From the IMG/VR virus record IMGVR_UViG_3300034082_002556: DNA of 54,353 bases; one strand, 5' to 3'. The position numbers were made by a program, and so were the translations under genes. A model generated the notes under the pieces. It was given only the letters and a program-made list of their open reading frames with translations. It was not told where the DNA came from and did not search any database. Source of the DNA: an uncultured virus (IMG/VR IMGVR_UViG_3300034082_002556). Lineage: Duplodnaviria; Heunggongvirae; Uroviricota; Caudoviricetes. Shown here in pieces: positions 20,824-29,369 of the stretch; position 1 is the stretch's first letter; the number at the start of each line of letters is the position of its first letter.

Positions 20824-21515
20824 TATTCTGCCACAAGGTCACTGGCCATTGGGAATATTTCAGTAATTACCTTGGCACATGCTATCGCAATGGCTTGATG
20901 TTCTTTCTGAGTTCCATTGGCACTACGCAGTTGGATAAAGTGAATCCAGCTACGTAATGTGCCATTCATGTACAAACGACTCACTGTAAGACCTTCGGGT
21001 AATACAGCACGGGCCTGTTCTTTGGCAATGCCATTTTTGATTGCCCAGGCGTACTCTTGTTTGGCCGAGAATAGCACACGTTTTTGAGCACGTTCCCATT
21101 CAATAGCCAACAGCCGCTGAGACTCATCGGCAAGATCAAGTTCTACGCTGTTTTGTCGATTCTTGGTGTCTTGGAATCTAGCGTCTCGTAGTACAAACGC
21201 ATCATCCAACTCTGCCGTTGGGTCAGCATATCGTTGGGAGAACTCTTGAAAGGAGAAGCTTCGATGTCGTAGAATTTGTCTTGCGATGTCGCGGGTGGTG
21301 ACGATTTCGAGGCAGGCTGACACCATCTCCAAAGGACTCCAGTGTTGGTGTCGGATAAGGTATCGTATGAGTTTGTCGCTTGTTTCAGTGTTGAACTGAT
21401 TGGCGGGATTGGACACACGGGCGCAATACGCAATGAGTTCCTGCGCATCTTCGACGCCCAGGCTTGCAAATTCTGCTGTGGGTTGACTGTAACTGAGTAG
21501 TTTAACATTCATCAT
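20823..21515 (-). CDS. thyX: flavin-dependent thymidylate synthase
   Basis: HWSPLE, QILRHRSFSFQEFSQRY ThyX motif, ARAVLP. Confidence 0.97.
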   Translation of the reverse strand: MMNVKLLSYSQPTAEFASLGVEDAQELIAYCARVSNPANQFNTETSDKLIRYLIRHQHWSPLEMVSACLEIVTTRDIARQILRHRSFSFQEFSQRYADPTAELDDAFVLRDARFQDTKNRQNSVELDLADESQRLLAIEWERAQKRVLFSAKQEYAWAIKNGIAKEQARAVLPEGLTVSRLYMNGTLRSWIHFIQLRSANGTQKEHQAIAIACAKVITEIFPMASDLVAE

Positions 21516-21814
21516 ATTCCTCTAAGGAGCTTGTCAGTTTCGGGTTGTAATAATTCTGCCACTGCTTCGATGTCAAGCACAAATTCCATGTTGGTGATAT
21601 CATCACAATTGGCCTGCACAAAGTTGTCCACTGCCTCTTGAATGTCGTCAATTCCAAATCCTTGATCTTTAAGTTTTCGAAGATTAATGGTTTTTTGACG
21701 ACCACCTGCAATTCGGAACACTACCTTTTTGATGCATTCAAACGGGATGTGCTCTTTCTCGACTTGGTCAATGATGTCTTCCCATCGTTTCAGCCAATCC
21801 TCAGTATGTTGCAT
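21512..21814 (-). CDS. hypothetical protein
   Basis: 100-aa acidic ORF coupled to thyX. Confidence 0.7.
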   Translation of the reverse strand: MQHTEDWLKRWEDIIDQVEKEHIPFECIKKVVFRIAGGRQKTINLRKLKDQGFGIDDIQEAVDNFVQANCDDITNMEFVLDIEAVAELLQPETDKLLRGI

Positions 21815-22502
21815 CCGGCACCGCCTTTTTATTAGGACGGCCGCGCTTGGGTTTTGCGGCTTGTTCTCCGGACGCTACACTGCCGCTCATGGTAGCTGCC
21901 TCTTTCATCAAACGATCTGACTCGGCTAGCAAGCTTCGTGCCTCTGCTGCCATACGTGTGGCTTGGTCCCGGAAGTTGTTGGCCAAGGCCGCATCGTCAA
22001 GTGCACGTGCCGCATCTGAACCTGCCACAGCGGCACTTCCTTGACGCAGTTGCTCCATTGGCGCACCAATCTCACGACCGTAATCATCTCTGCGTTTGTA
22101 GTTACTCATGCCGCGATTGTTGTCAATGTCGGCCATTTTCTTGATAGCATCTGCACCGGTCTTCATCTCGCGGATGATACGATTCATTTCTTCCAAGTTA
22201 ACATGACTTGATGGATTTGGTGTAACTACCACCTGCTTTGTTTGCACTTTCTTCAACATGCCTTCGGCGTGCAGAGTCTGAAGCATAGGGCGTCCATCTG
22301 GGAACAAACTACGGAACAGAGCATCTCCAAGATTCTCTGCTGTTTGTCCAATGTCTGACTCGATTGTGCGCATGATAGTATCATGCATGGAAACTGGCAT
22401 GGTGTCAGGATAAATTACCAAGCACATGTGCTCTTCACCAGGCACTTCTCTGAATACAATAGCGACTCTACGGTCACCGTGTTTACCTACGTGTTTAATC
22501 AT
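21801..22502 (-). CDS. hypothetical protein with C-terminal coiled coil and AT-hook-like tail
   Basis: 233 aa, ends KPKRGRPNKK; AGGAG upstream. Confidence 0.75.
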   Translation of the reverse strand: MIKHVGKHGDRRVAIVFREVPGEEHMCLVIYPDTMPVSMHDTIMRTIESDIGQTAENLGDALFRSLFPDGRPMLQTLHAEGMLKKVQTKQVVVTPNPSSHVNLEEMNRIIREMKTGADAIKKMADIDNNRGMSNYKRRDDYGREIGAPMEQLRQGSAAVAGSDAARALDDAALANNFRDQATRMAAEARSLLAESDRLMKEAATMSGSVASGEQAAKPKRGRPNKKAVPDATY

Positions 22503-22708
22503 TTTGGTTCTCCTTGTTGATTAGCGGATGTTGCATTGGCTTGAGCGACCACTTCGCTCAGGAATGCATTTAGGCGTTCGTATATTTCGCCAACTGATTT
22601 CATTTCTGAAGCTCGGTACGCACCCCTAGAGCATGCAGTGTCGATTAAATCTCTAATAGATGCTAAGTCAGCTATGGTAAGATTTGTTTGTTGTGTAGTT
22701 TCGTCCAT
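22499..22708 (-). CDS. hypothetical protein
   Basis: 69 aa; TAAATA element 5 nt upstream. Confidence 0.7.
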   Translation of the reverse strand: MDETTQQTNLTIADLASIRDLIDTACSRGAYRASEMKSVGEIYERLNAFLSEVVAQANATSANQQGEPK

Positions 22709-22723
22709 GTCAATATTTAAGAT

Positions 22724-22757
22724 AAAAAGAACACCGGGGGTAAAAAATCCCCCGGTT
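22724..22757 (-). terminator. intrinsic terminator
   Basis: CCGGGGG/CCCCCGG stem followed by TGTTCTTTTT on the minus strand, after the VWA gene. Confidence 0.75.
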
Positions 22758-22777
22758 ATAGCACGGTTCTGGACAAA

Positions 22778-24064
22778 TTAGTCTTGATCGCCTTCGCCGT
22801 ACAATGCAAAAGTACCAAACGGTGGATCAGGATTCTTGTCACCGTGAATGATCCAAACAGTGTCACAATAAATTGGGTCGCCCCAGCTACCGAATGGATA
22901 CCCATCTGTAAACACCACCAGCTTCTTGGGCTCAATTTCAACATCTTTAAGATAGCGGAAAATAGCATCAAAATCAGTACCGCCACCACCCTGAATGTCG
23001 TACTCAGTAATGTCTTCAAGATTCTCGCTGTTGTACTGTTGTGGATTGTATGTTTCAGTATCAAAAGTAAACACATGGATTTTGTAGCTGTCAAAGCTTT
23101 CCATGATGCCCTTGATCTCACTCAAGAAGTCACGAGCTTGTTCAGTACTGATAGATCCAGATGTGTCAATAGCCACAGCAATATCAATGGCATCGGTAGT
23201 TTTCATACCGGGCATCACTGCATCCATGTCCCAACCTTTACGGCTAGATCGCATCCAACTGTAATCACTCTTGATAGTGCTCTCCAATTGCATGCGTAGC
23301 AGTTCTCGCCAGTTCATCTGAGGCTCTGTCAATTGACTAATCAATCGCTTGACTCCAGCTGGCAAGTTACCTGCATCGCAAGTCTGTGCCGCTGACAACA
23401 TGGCTTCTTTAATCTCATCGCGAATCTTGGCACGTTCCTCATCGCTCAACTTTGGACGACCCTTGCCGTCCTTGCCACCATCGCCGCCACCATCGCCACT
23501 GCCTTCGTCTGTGCCGTCTAGATGCTCGTCAATCAGTTGATTGACCAGGTCATCAATATTGATTTTTTCTGCGTTCTCATACAGTTTGTCGTAAACTTCT
23601 TCAGAGCTCATGCCATCGTATTTGGAATTATACAAGCAAGGCACACTGGTAATGAATTCTCCAACTTTGTGTTTCTTCAAATCTGAGTTAACACAGAAAT
23701 CGTTTGCAACGTTCCACAATTGCGGGTCACGATCTCCGCGACGCCCAAAGTGATCATAAACACAATGCAATACCTCATGCCCAAACAAGAACTCAATCTC
23801 TTTGGGTTTTAGCATTTTGACAAACCGACTGTTGTAATAGAAATTACGACCATCTGTTGCGGCAGTACTGCACCACTCGTCGGCATTGACCAATTTCAAC
23901 CGAGTTGCTAGGTTACCAAAGAAGCTGGCACGAAGCAACATACCAACTCGTGCAGTAATCAAGGACTCTCGAACTTCGCGATCAATTTTTGGGTCTGTGG
24001 CACCAATAAGACTAGCAAACTTTTTTGCCAGTTCTTTTTTGTTTTCTGTAGTGGTTGCGCTCAT
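22778..24064 (-). CDS. DUF2201-type metallopeptidase + VWA domain protein
   Basis: TAATDG, HEVLH (HExxH), DTSGS MIDAS motif, GGGGTDF, FTDG. Confidence 0.9.
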   Translation of the reverse strand: MSATTTENKKELAKKFASLIGATDPKIDREVRESLITARVGMLLRASFFGNLATRLKLVNADEWCSTAATDGRNFYYNSRFVKMLKPKEIEFLFGHEVLHCVYDHFGRRGDRDPQLWNVANDFCVNSDLKKHKVGEFITSVPCLYNSKYDGMSSEEVYDKLYENAEKINIDDLVNQLIDEHLDGTDEGSGDGGGDGGKDGKGRPKLSDEERAKIRDEIKEAMLSAAQTCDAGNLPAGVKRLISQLTEPQMNWRELLRMQLESTIKSDYSWMRSSRKGWDMDAVMPGMKTTDAIDIAVAIDTSGSISTEQARDFLSEIKGIMESFDSYKIHVFTFDTETYNPQQYNSENLEDITEYDIQGGGGTDFDAIFRYLKDVEIEPKKLVVFTDGYPFGSWGDPIYCDTVWIIHGDKNPDPPFGTFALYGEGDQD

Positions 24065-24090
24065 GTCAGTTCCTTGGTGTCTATACAAGT

Positions 24091-24119
24091 ATTATAACAA
24101 ATTGGAATTTATTGGTCAA
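24091..24119 (-). promoter_or_regulatory. sigma70-type promoter
   Basis: TTGACC-17-TATAAT. Confidence 0.8.
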
Positions 24120-24336
24120 CCTTTTTGTCAAGGTATTGAGCTTCGAATTTTGCTTGATCAAGTTTGGTATCGTAGATCAACTTGGCGGCAAAACACATAG
24201 CCGCCACACCGACGATTCCGCCCAGTACTGGCAAAGGGATCAGAAAGATTGTGACCGGTACCAGCACAGCAATGGCAGTGAGTCCTGCCAGAGTTTTGGC
24301 TGTTTCTTTGAGTGCTGTTTTTTGGATAGTGTCCAT
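24109..24336 (-). CDS. small membrane protein
   Basis: Two hydrophobic segments; AAGGA upstream. Confidence 0.7.
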   Translation of the reverse strand: MDTIQKTALKETAKTLAGLTAIAVLVPVTIFLIPLPVLGGIVGVAAMCFAAKLIYDTKLDQAKFEAQYLDKKVDQ

Positions 24337-24367
24337 TTTGAGTTCCTTTGTTTCTTACTATACCCTA

Positions 24368-24396
24368 ATTGTAGCAAAAAGGGAATTATTGGTCAA
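24368..24396 (-). promoter_or_regulatory. sigma70-type promoter
   Basis: TTGACC-17-TACAAT. Confidence 0.75.
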
Positions 24397-24766
24397 CCGC
24401 ATTTGCCAGTTGAAAAAACGCTAGTTCTGCGTCACTTTTGAAGTAAATTCGTAGCTCGTTGGCACTGGTAGAACCATTGGTCCAACTCCAATAAGGATTG
24501 CACTCTTCGGGGAGATTACTAGGTGTTTGTTTAACAAAGCCGCCAGGCAAACGCATCATTGGAGTATGATTTGAGCTCCAGCGATAGATGTCGTTCCATT
24601 GCCTGACCTCGGCACTCCAGCCCCAGGTACGAAAACACCATTGTTGAGCTTGAGTAAAATGCAATGGTCCTTTGTTAAAGGACATGGAATTTGAAAATCC
24701 GGCATAATACTGAAACCATTTTTGATAACTATGTCTGCCATCAAGCCGCTGTACAGTGTATTTCAT
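24386..24766 (-). CDS. hypothetical protein
   Basis: 126 aa, Trp-rich. Confidence 0.7.
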   Translation of the reverse strand: MKYTVQRLDGRHSYQKWFQYYAGFSNSMSFNKGPLHFTQAQQWCFRTWGWSAEVRQWNDIYRWSSNHTPMMRLPGGFVKQTPSNLPEECNPYWSWTNGSTSANELRIYFKSDAELAFFQLANAVDQ

Positions 24767-24996
24767 CTTGCGTATTTAAGACTAAACATAATTGCATCAT
24801 GTGGGTCTTTGAATGTGAAGTCCAGTATCCAGACATTTTCTTCAACTGAGTCAACTGGAGGAGAAACATAATACCACCGATTTTTATCTTTTCCAAAACT
24901 GGCGTAAATTTGTCGCAAGAGTTGTTGAACTTCATGATGACTGTAAGGACTAAACTTTATCCGAACAGTGGAATAGTCCGGGGTTGAGTCAGACAT
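24763..24996 (-). CDS. hypothetical protein
   Basis: 77 aa from ATG 24996; the start lies inside a hairpin. Confidence 0.65.
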   Translation of the reverse strand: MSDSTPDYSTVRIKFSPYSHHEVQQLLRQIYASFGKDKNRWYYVSPPVDSVEENVWILDFTFKDPHDAIMFSLKYAR

Positions 24997-25028
24997 AGCC
25001 CTATGTCCCTTCACTTGACTCAACCCCG
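24979..25028 (-). promoter_or_regulatory. nested RNA hairpin covering a translation start
   Basis: CGGGGTTGAGTCA/TGACTCAACCCCG (13 bp) enclosing GACATAG/CTATGTC. Confidence 0.6.
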
Positions 25029-25033
25029 TGCTA

Positions 25034-26125
25034 TCAGCTGTTGGCTTGCAAGATGTACTTGCCGTAACGTTGATGAAACTCATCAAAGTACTTCAGCTTG
25101 GTGGGCTGGAAAGGCAAGTTATAAGTTGTAAGGGCAATCCTTGCACCCATAACAACCAGCTCTGTTTCAAAATTCTTCATCATGAACGCAAAGAAATTGT
25201 CAGACATTTCATGGAACTTTTTGTCGTCCACACGCTTGCTGTCAATTGCATCCTTGAGCTCGTAACACAAGCTGATGACCAAACTGTACATTGCACTCAC
25301 TTCTTTAACTGCGAGTTCAGTAGCCTTGCCACTCAGCACATCCTCGGGCTTGGGCAATTTACCAGCAATCTTGCGATGTGCCATGAACTTCACTGCAAGA
25401 CCTTCGCCAACGGTGCCGGCAATCAAATCAGTTGCAGTGGTCTCGTCGATGTCGTCATCATCCAACAACTCGCTTACAAAGGTCCAGGTGCGCGGAGTAG
25501 CAAATGCACGTGAGCTGGACTTGGCATCAAAGTCATACAAGTCTTGCTTGGCAAAACTCAAGTAACCAACCACATCCTTGTGGATCTGATTCTGCACAGC
25601 CCACTCTTGCCAGCTTGGGAAGTCCACACGCATTTCAGCATGCACAAATCGGTTTGCCAGCGGAGTAGGCATGCGATACGTGACACCTTTGTCGCTCTCG
25701 CGGTTGCCTGCGGCTACCATAACAACATTGTCGGGCAGTCGGTACTTGCCAATTCGGCGATTCAATACCAATTGATAAGCCGCAGCCTGTACAGCAGGTG
25801 CCGCAGAGTTCATTTCGTCCATGAACAAAACCACAACTGGATATTGGCCAGCCAAGTCTTCGTCCGGCAAGTCAATTGGTGGAGCCCAGTCCATCTTACC
25901 AATTTCTTTGTTGTAAAACGGAATACCGCGAATGTCTGTTGGATCCATTTGTCCCAGACGCAAGTCAATCATGAAGCCACCAAGTTCTTCGGTGATACTA
26001 GCAACAACCTCAGACTTGCCAATACCAGGAGGGCCCCAGAGGAACAGTGGGCGTTTTTTAGAAAAGCACTTTTTAATGGCTTTTCGGGCACCAGCAGAGG
26101 TAACTGTGCGATTTTCGTGTGACAT
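25034..26125 (-). CDS. MoxR-like AAA+ ATPase
   Basis: Walker A GPPGIGKS, Walker B LFMDE, AAGN sensor, LANRF. Confidence 0.9.
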   Translation of the reverse strand: MSHENRTVTSAGARKAIKKCFSKKRPLFLWGPPGIGKSEVVASITEELGGFMIDLRLGQMDPTDIRGIPFYNKEIGKMDWAPPIDLPDEDLAGQYPVVVLFMDEMNSAAPAVQAAAYQLVLNRRIGKYRLPDNVVMVAAGNRESDKGVTYRMPTPLANRFVHAEMRVDFPSWQEWAVQNQIHKDVVGYLSFAKQDLYDFDAKSSSRAFATPRTWTFVSELLDDDDIDETTATDLIAGTVGEGLAVKFMAHRKIAGKLPKPEDVLSGKATELAVKEVSAMYSLVISLCYELKDAIDSKRVDDKKFHEMSDNFFAFMMKNFETELVVMGARIALTTYNLPFQPTKLKYFDEFHQRYGKYILQANS

Positions 26126-26164
26126 AGGGCGTTTCCTTCAGTTAAAAAATGTTTCAATACAAGT

Positions 26165-26193
26165 ATTATACAATCAAGCGATTTCTGTGTCAA
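26165..26193 (-). promoter_or_regulatory. sigma70-type promoter
   Basis: TTGACA-17-TATAAT. Confidence 0.85.
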
Positions 26194-26308
26194 CTAGCAC
26201 TTGTTGTGTAAAAACAACACCACCAAATGCCGCTTGATACGTTTCTGCTACAGATTTGAGATAAAAAGTGTAAACTTTACCAGACTTTGTGATCAGTGTG
26301 TACATCAT
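26174..26308 (-). CDS. small hypothetical protein (44 aa, not in ORF track)
   Basis: MMYTLITKSGKVYTFYLKSVAETYQAAFGGVVFTQQVLVDTEIA with TAAGGA and its own promoter. Confidence 0.6.
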   Translation of the reverse strand: MMYTLITKSGKVYTFYLKSVAETYQAAFGGVVFTQQVLVDTEIA

Positions 26309-26334
26309 CTCAATTCCTTATTGTCTATACATGT

Positions 26335-26363
26335 ATTATAGCAAATCAGGAATTATTGGTCAA
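26335..26363 (-). promoter_or_regulatory. sigma70-type promoter
   Basis: TTGACC-17-TATAAT. Confidence 0.8.
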
Positions 26364-26364
26364 C

Positions 26365-26634
26365 CTACAAATAGCGCAACTGGAACCAACTTTGTGCAGA
26401 TTCATTGAAGAAATCTAGATGAATTTGAGCTTGATAGTACATTCTGTTTGGGTCTTTGGCTATGTTGGCAGACGCCAGCCCCTGGTGATTGCGCCAGGTG
26501 AATCCAAGTTCTCGACGCATGACCCAACTGATTCTAATTGTTGGGCCGTGATTGTCTACTAGTTTCTGAAGAATTGGTTCCCAATCTGCTGGATCATGGA
26601 ACACAATAAGGTTACGTTTTACGGTGACTTTCAT
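26365..26634 (-). CDS. hypothetical protein
   Basis: 89-aa ORF overlapping ACP. Confidence 0.7.
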   Translation of the reverse strand: MKVTVKRNLIVFHDPADWEPILQKLVDNHGPTIRISWVMRRELGFTWRNHQGLASANIAKDPNRMYYQAQIHLDFFNESAQSWFQLRYL

Positions 26635-26857
26635 GTTTGCTCTGAATAAGGTTTACAATTTGTTGCACAGTTCTTGCGTTCTCGTATTCGTGTTCTTCAA
26701 TTGCAATTTTAAATTTTGTTTCAATCTCCATCACCAGCTCAATCAAGTCCAGTGAGTCGGCCCCCAAGTCAGCTACAATCTCGTGGTGTTCGTGAATTTT
26801 GCTTTCAGGAATTCCCAGTTGAATAGAAATAATTTTTTTAAGTTCAGATATAATCAT
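26612..26857 (-). CDS. acpP: acyl carrier protein
   Basis: DLGADSLDLIELVM phosphopantetheine attachment motif, 81 aa, acidic. Confidence 0.9.
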   Translation of the reverse strand: MIISELKKIISIQLGIPESKIHEHHEIVADLGADSLDLIELVMEIETKFKIAIEEHEYENARTVQQIVNLIQSKHESHRKT

Positions 26858-26862
26858 GATAG

Positions 26863-27591
26863 TTAGGTGATATGTCGTTGTTGTTCAGAATAGACTCGAC
26901 TCATATTGGAGCCATTGATGCTGACCACTTCCCCTGGCATGGTTCCGCGTCGAATGTATAGGCATTCGTGCACAAAGGTGTCTTTGCCAAATGTTGCACT
27001 GGTCTTGAGAGCCTTGACATTGACCCCCAGGAAACAGTTTTCTTCAAAGTGAATGTCACCACCAATCGAGCAAAATCTTTGCAGTACTGAATTACGGTCA
27101 ACTCTGGTGTGATGACCCACACAAGTAAAACTGTAAATCATAGAGTAATCACCCAGTACCACACCTGGCTCAATCTGCGCAAGACCATCAACAAACACCC
27201 CACGACCAATAGTGGCGCTACGGCTAACATGGGCCGTGGGGTCAATCAAGCTAATGACTGACAGTTGCTTACTATCCAGTAGATTGATCAGCCTCTGTCG
27301 CTTTTCTCTATTGCGAGTGGTAACAGCATCCTTTTCGGGAGCCCAGTTTGTAGCACAAAAGAAATTGAAGTTGCGTTGGTAGTAATTCAGTTTGGTGTCT
27401 TGCTCAAACGCATCTTCTGTGTCGATAACAGGCACTCCATACAATTCAGATTTGTTGCCAAAGTAATCGCTGTCAATACAACCATGGATTTGTATACCCA
27501 ACACATTGCACATGTCGGTGTACTTTTCCATGGTCATACTTGACCCCACCAATATCAACGGTCTGTCAGTTGTATTAATGTGTTGGGTCAT
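26863..27591 (-). CDS. left-handed beta-helix acetyltransferase (NeuD/PglD-like)
   Basis: LIDPTAHVSRSATIGRGVFV hexapeptide repeats, VGHH. Confidence 0.8.
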   Translation of the reverse strand: MTQHINTTDRPLILVGSSMTMEKYTDMCNVLGIQIHGCIDSDYFGNKSELYGVPVIDTEDAFEQDTKLNYYQRNFNFFCATNWAPEKDAVTTRNREKRQRLINLLDSKQLSVISLIDPTAHVSRSATIGRGVFVDGLAQIEPGVVLGDYSMIYSFTCVGHHTRVDRNSVLQRFCSIGGDIHFEENCFLGVNVKALKTSATFGKDTFVHECLYIRRGTMPGEVVSINGSNMSRVYSEQQRHIT

Positions 27592-28633
27592 AAACAGTGT
27601 AAGAACTCTGTTGAGTTTTTTCAAAATAGTCTTTGCGATCTGCATCAACCAACTTGGCAAATTCGTCGTGTGTGTAAATTTCCCCGTTGTATCTCACCGT
27701 GGTTGCAGGTTGCACATGCGGGTATACCTTGTTTAGATAAGACACCACACGAGCCATGGTGCGTTTGTCTCCATCTTGCACATTGGTTGGTCGAGCATGC
27801 AGTGTAATTTCTTGATCCATGAACACAATTTGTCCGTCAGCCCAATTTTGGGTGTATACATAGCGATCCTGATACACATGACGTTTCAATTCAGACATCA
27901 CACGCTGACTTTCTTCTTGACTCATGCCAACAAAACCGTCAAATGTATGACTGGGGATTTTCATACCCGACAGTCCTGTAACAGTTTCTCGGTACAGCCG
28001 AGTCTCCATGCCATCCAACGGAGTCATGTTGTAACGCAGAATCAAGCTCTGTGTTTTGTTCAGTCCAGGGGCCATGAGATTGTCAGTCCATTTGTGTCGA
28101 ACCACAAGCTCTTTGACCATGCTACGCATATCACTGCTGAGAGACTCATATGCATCGTGTGTGCACAAAAATGTGGTTTGGCTGTTGGCCGTGTCGCTTA
28201 CACTCTGCAGGCCAATAATGCGTTGTGCATCATCGGATGAACATTGGTCACTGTGCCAGTCTAGTTCACCATTGGTAAACAATCCAGTAGGACGCCCGTG
28301 ATCATCATTCTTGTAGCTGACCAGGGTCACTGCCGCTGATAGGTCTTTTACATTCTTGGCAACAAATCCCAAGTTGAGCAACAGTTCGCGCCAATGCCGA
28401 CCTTGCAGTTTACTTTCAAGCACGTAGTTATGCATGATTGCTCGGCTAGGGTCTCCCCATTGCATCATTACATTGAACAATCTTTCTGTGGGAATTTTTT
28501 GATTGACAAATACAATGCATTGTCCGGCAACAAGCCTACCAAGTTCAAATATTTCATCATCTGAATTTAGGTCAATGTCGTATACTTCTACTCCAACTGT
28601 GGAGTCGTAATTTTTAAGTGAGCGAGTTTTCAT
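27575..28633 (-). CDS. TauD/TfdA-family Fe(II)/2OG dioxygenase
   Basis: GVEVYDIDL, WHSD (HxD), W..G.IVFMD...LHAR, R.M.R. Confidence 0.85.
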   Translation of the reverse strand: MKTRSLKNYDSTVGVEVYDIDLNSDDEIFELGRLVAGQCIVFVNQKIPTERLFNVMMQWGDPSRAIMHNYVLESKLQGRHWRELLLNLGFVAKNVKDLSAAVTLVSYKNDDHGRPTGLFTNGELDWHSDQCSSDDAQRIIGLQSVSDTANSQTTFLCTHDAYESLSSDMRSMVKELVVRHKWTDNLMAPGLNKTQSLILRYNMTPLDGMETRLYRETVTGLSGMKIPSHTFDGFVGMSQEESQRVMSELKRHVYQDRYVYTQNWADGQIVFMDQEITLHARPTNVQDGDKRTMARVVSYLNKVYPHVQPATTVRYNGEIYTHDEFAKLVDADRKDYFEKTQQSSYTVYDPTH

Positions 28634-28639
28634 CGTGTT

Positions 28640-28775
28640 TTCCTTTGTTGTGATTTAGGGCTAGTGAACGTTTTGTCCACACACGGTAGGCGTTCTGTAT
28701 TAATAATACAGTAAAGACATCGATATGTCAAGCGTCTTGGAGATCCGACGTCGGTCTGATACCGGCGTTGCTGAC
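28640..28775 (-). promoter_or_regulatory. candidate structured 5' leader RNA
   Basis: Several short helices between a TAAATA element (28778-28783) and the dioxygenase RBS. Confidence 0.4.
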
Positions 28776-28806
28776 TATATTTATTCTGTCAATTAATTTA
28801 ATCAAG

Positions 28807-28828
28807 AAAAAGCCCACCGAAGTGGGCT
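28807..28828 (-). terminator. intrinsic terminator after tmRNA
   Basis: AGCCCAC-TTCG-GTGGGCT followed by a T run. Confidence 0.85.
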
Positions 28829-28829
28829 T

Positions 28830-29152
28830 CTAGAGTTTCTGTTACGAGGTATGTCTTACCCTAAGCTGAGTTTAGGCAGCTAATGCGAACTGTGAGTCGT
28901 TTGCGTTTACTTTGTTTTGCTTCTTCGACCGAGTTACCCCAATCCTACGGCTTCTACATTGCCGGACTGTCCATTTCAATACTCTTGACCCAATCGATCC
29001 TGTGTCAGGCCCATCATAAAAAGATTGCTACTATTACTATGAAAATTAATATTGCTAACAATGATGGTAATCTCACGTAATCTCCTTATGGTGGACCTGG
29101 CGGGCACTGCCCCCGCGTCTTGAATCCTTTTCTGTCTACTTCATACAGTCTT
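28830..29152 (-). ncRNA. ssrA: circularly permuted (two-piece) tmRNA
   Basis: T-arm+CAGGTCC-A-CCA (ends 29089) precedes the 5' GGGCCTG (29012); G3.U70 pair; tag ANDSQFALAA* at 28904-28872; outer ends approximate. Confidence 0.92.
29014..29076 (-). CDS. putative 20-aa hydrophobic peptide in the tmRNA intervening segment
   Basis: TAAGGAG-N5-GTG, MRLPSLLAILIFIVIVAIFL*. Confidence 0.45.
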   Translation of the reverse strand: MRLPSLLAILIFIVIVAIFL

Positions 29153-29161
29153 AACTTTTAT

Positions 29162-29338
29162 TTATTCTTCAACTCCGAAATGTGCCAGTATAATGTCTGC
29201 ATCGTAGTCTGCCAAGCAAAGTTCAGCACATTTCTTCACAATCAACTCGGCGAACTTTTCAGCATGGTCCACGCCCATCCATTTGCCACTAGTATCAGTG
29301 CCTGCTTGATTCATTAGTTGTTTAATTCGTTCGTTCAT
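29162..29338 (-). CDS. small hypothetical protein (58 aa, not in ORF track)
   Basis: MNERIKQLMNQAG...EKFAELIVKKC...HFGVEE; GGAG upstream. Confidence 0.7.
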   Translation of the reverse strand: MNERIKQLMNQAGTDTSGKWMGVDHAEKFAELIVKKCAELCLADYDADIILAHFGVEE

Positions 29339-29369
29339 CTATCAACTCCGGAATAGGTTAACAGAATCA

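Noticed and set aside
22784..26122. Long antisense ORFs (22784-23299, 25028-25513, 25544-26122)
   Set aside because: Shadow frames opposite well-supported genes, with no motifs
28703..28731. sigma70 promoter in the dioxygenase leader
   Set aside because: TTGACA is present but no good -10 lies at 17-bp spacing, and the hexamer falls in a predicted RNA helix
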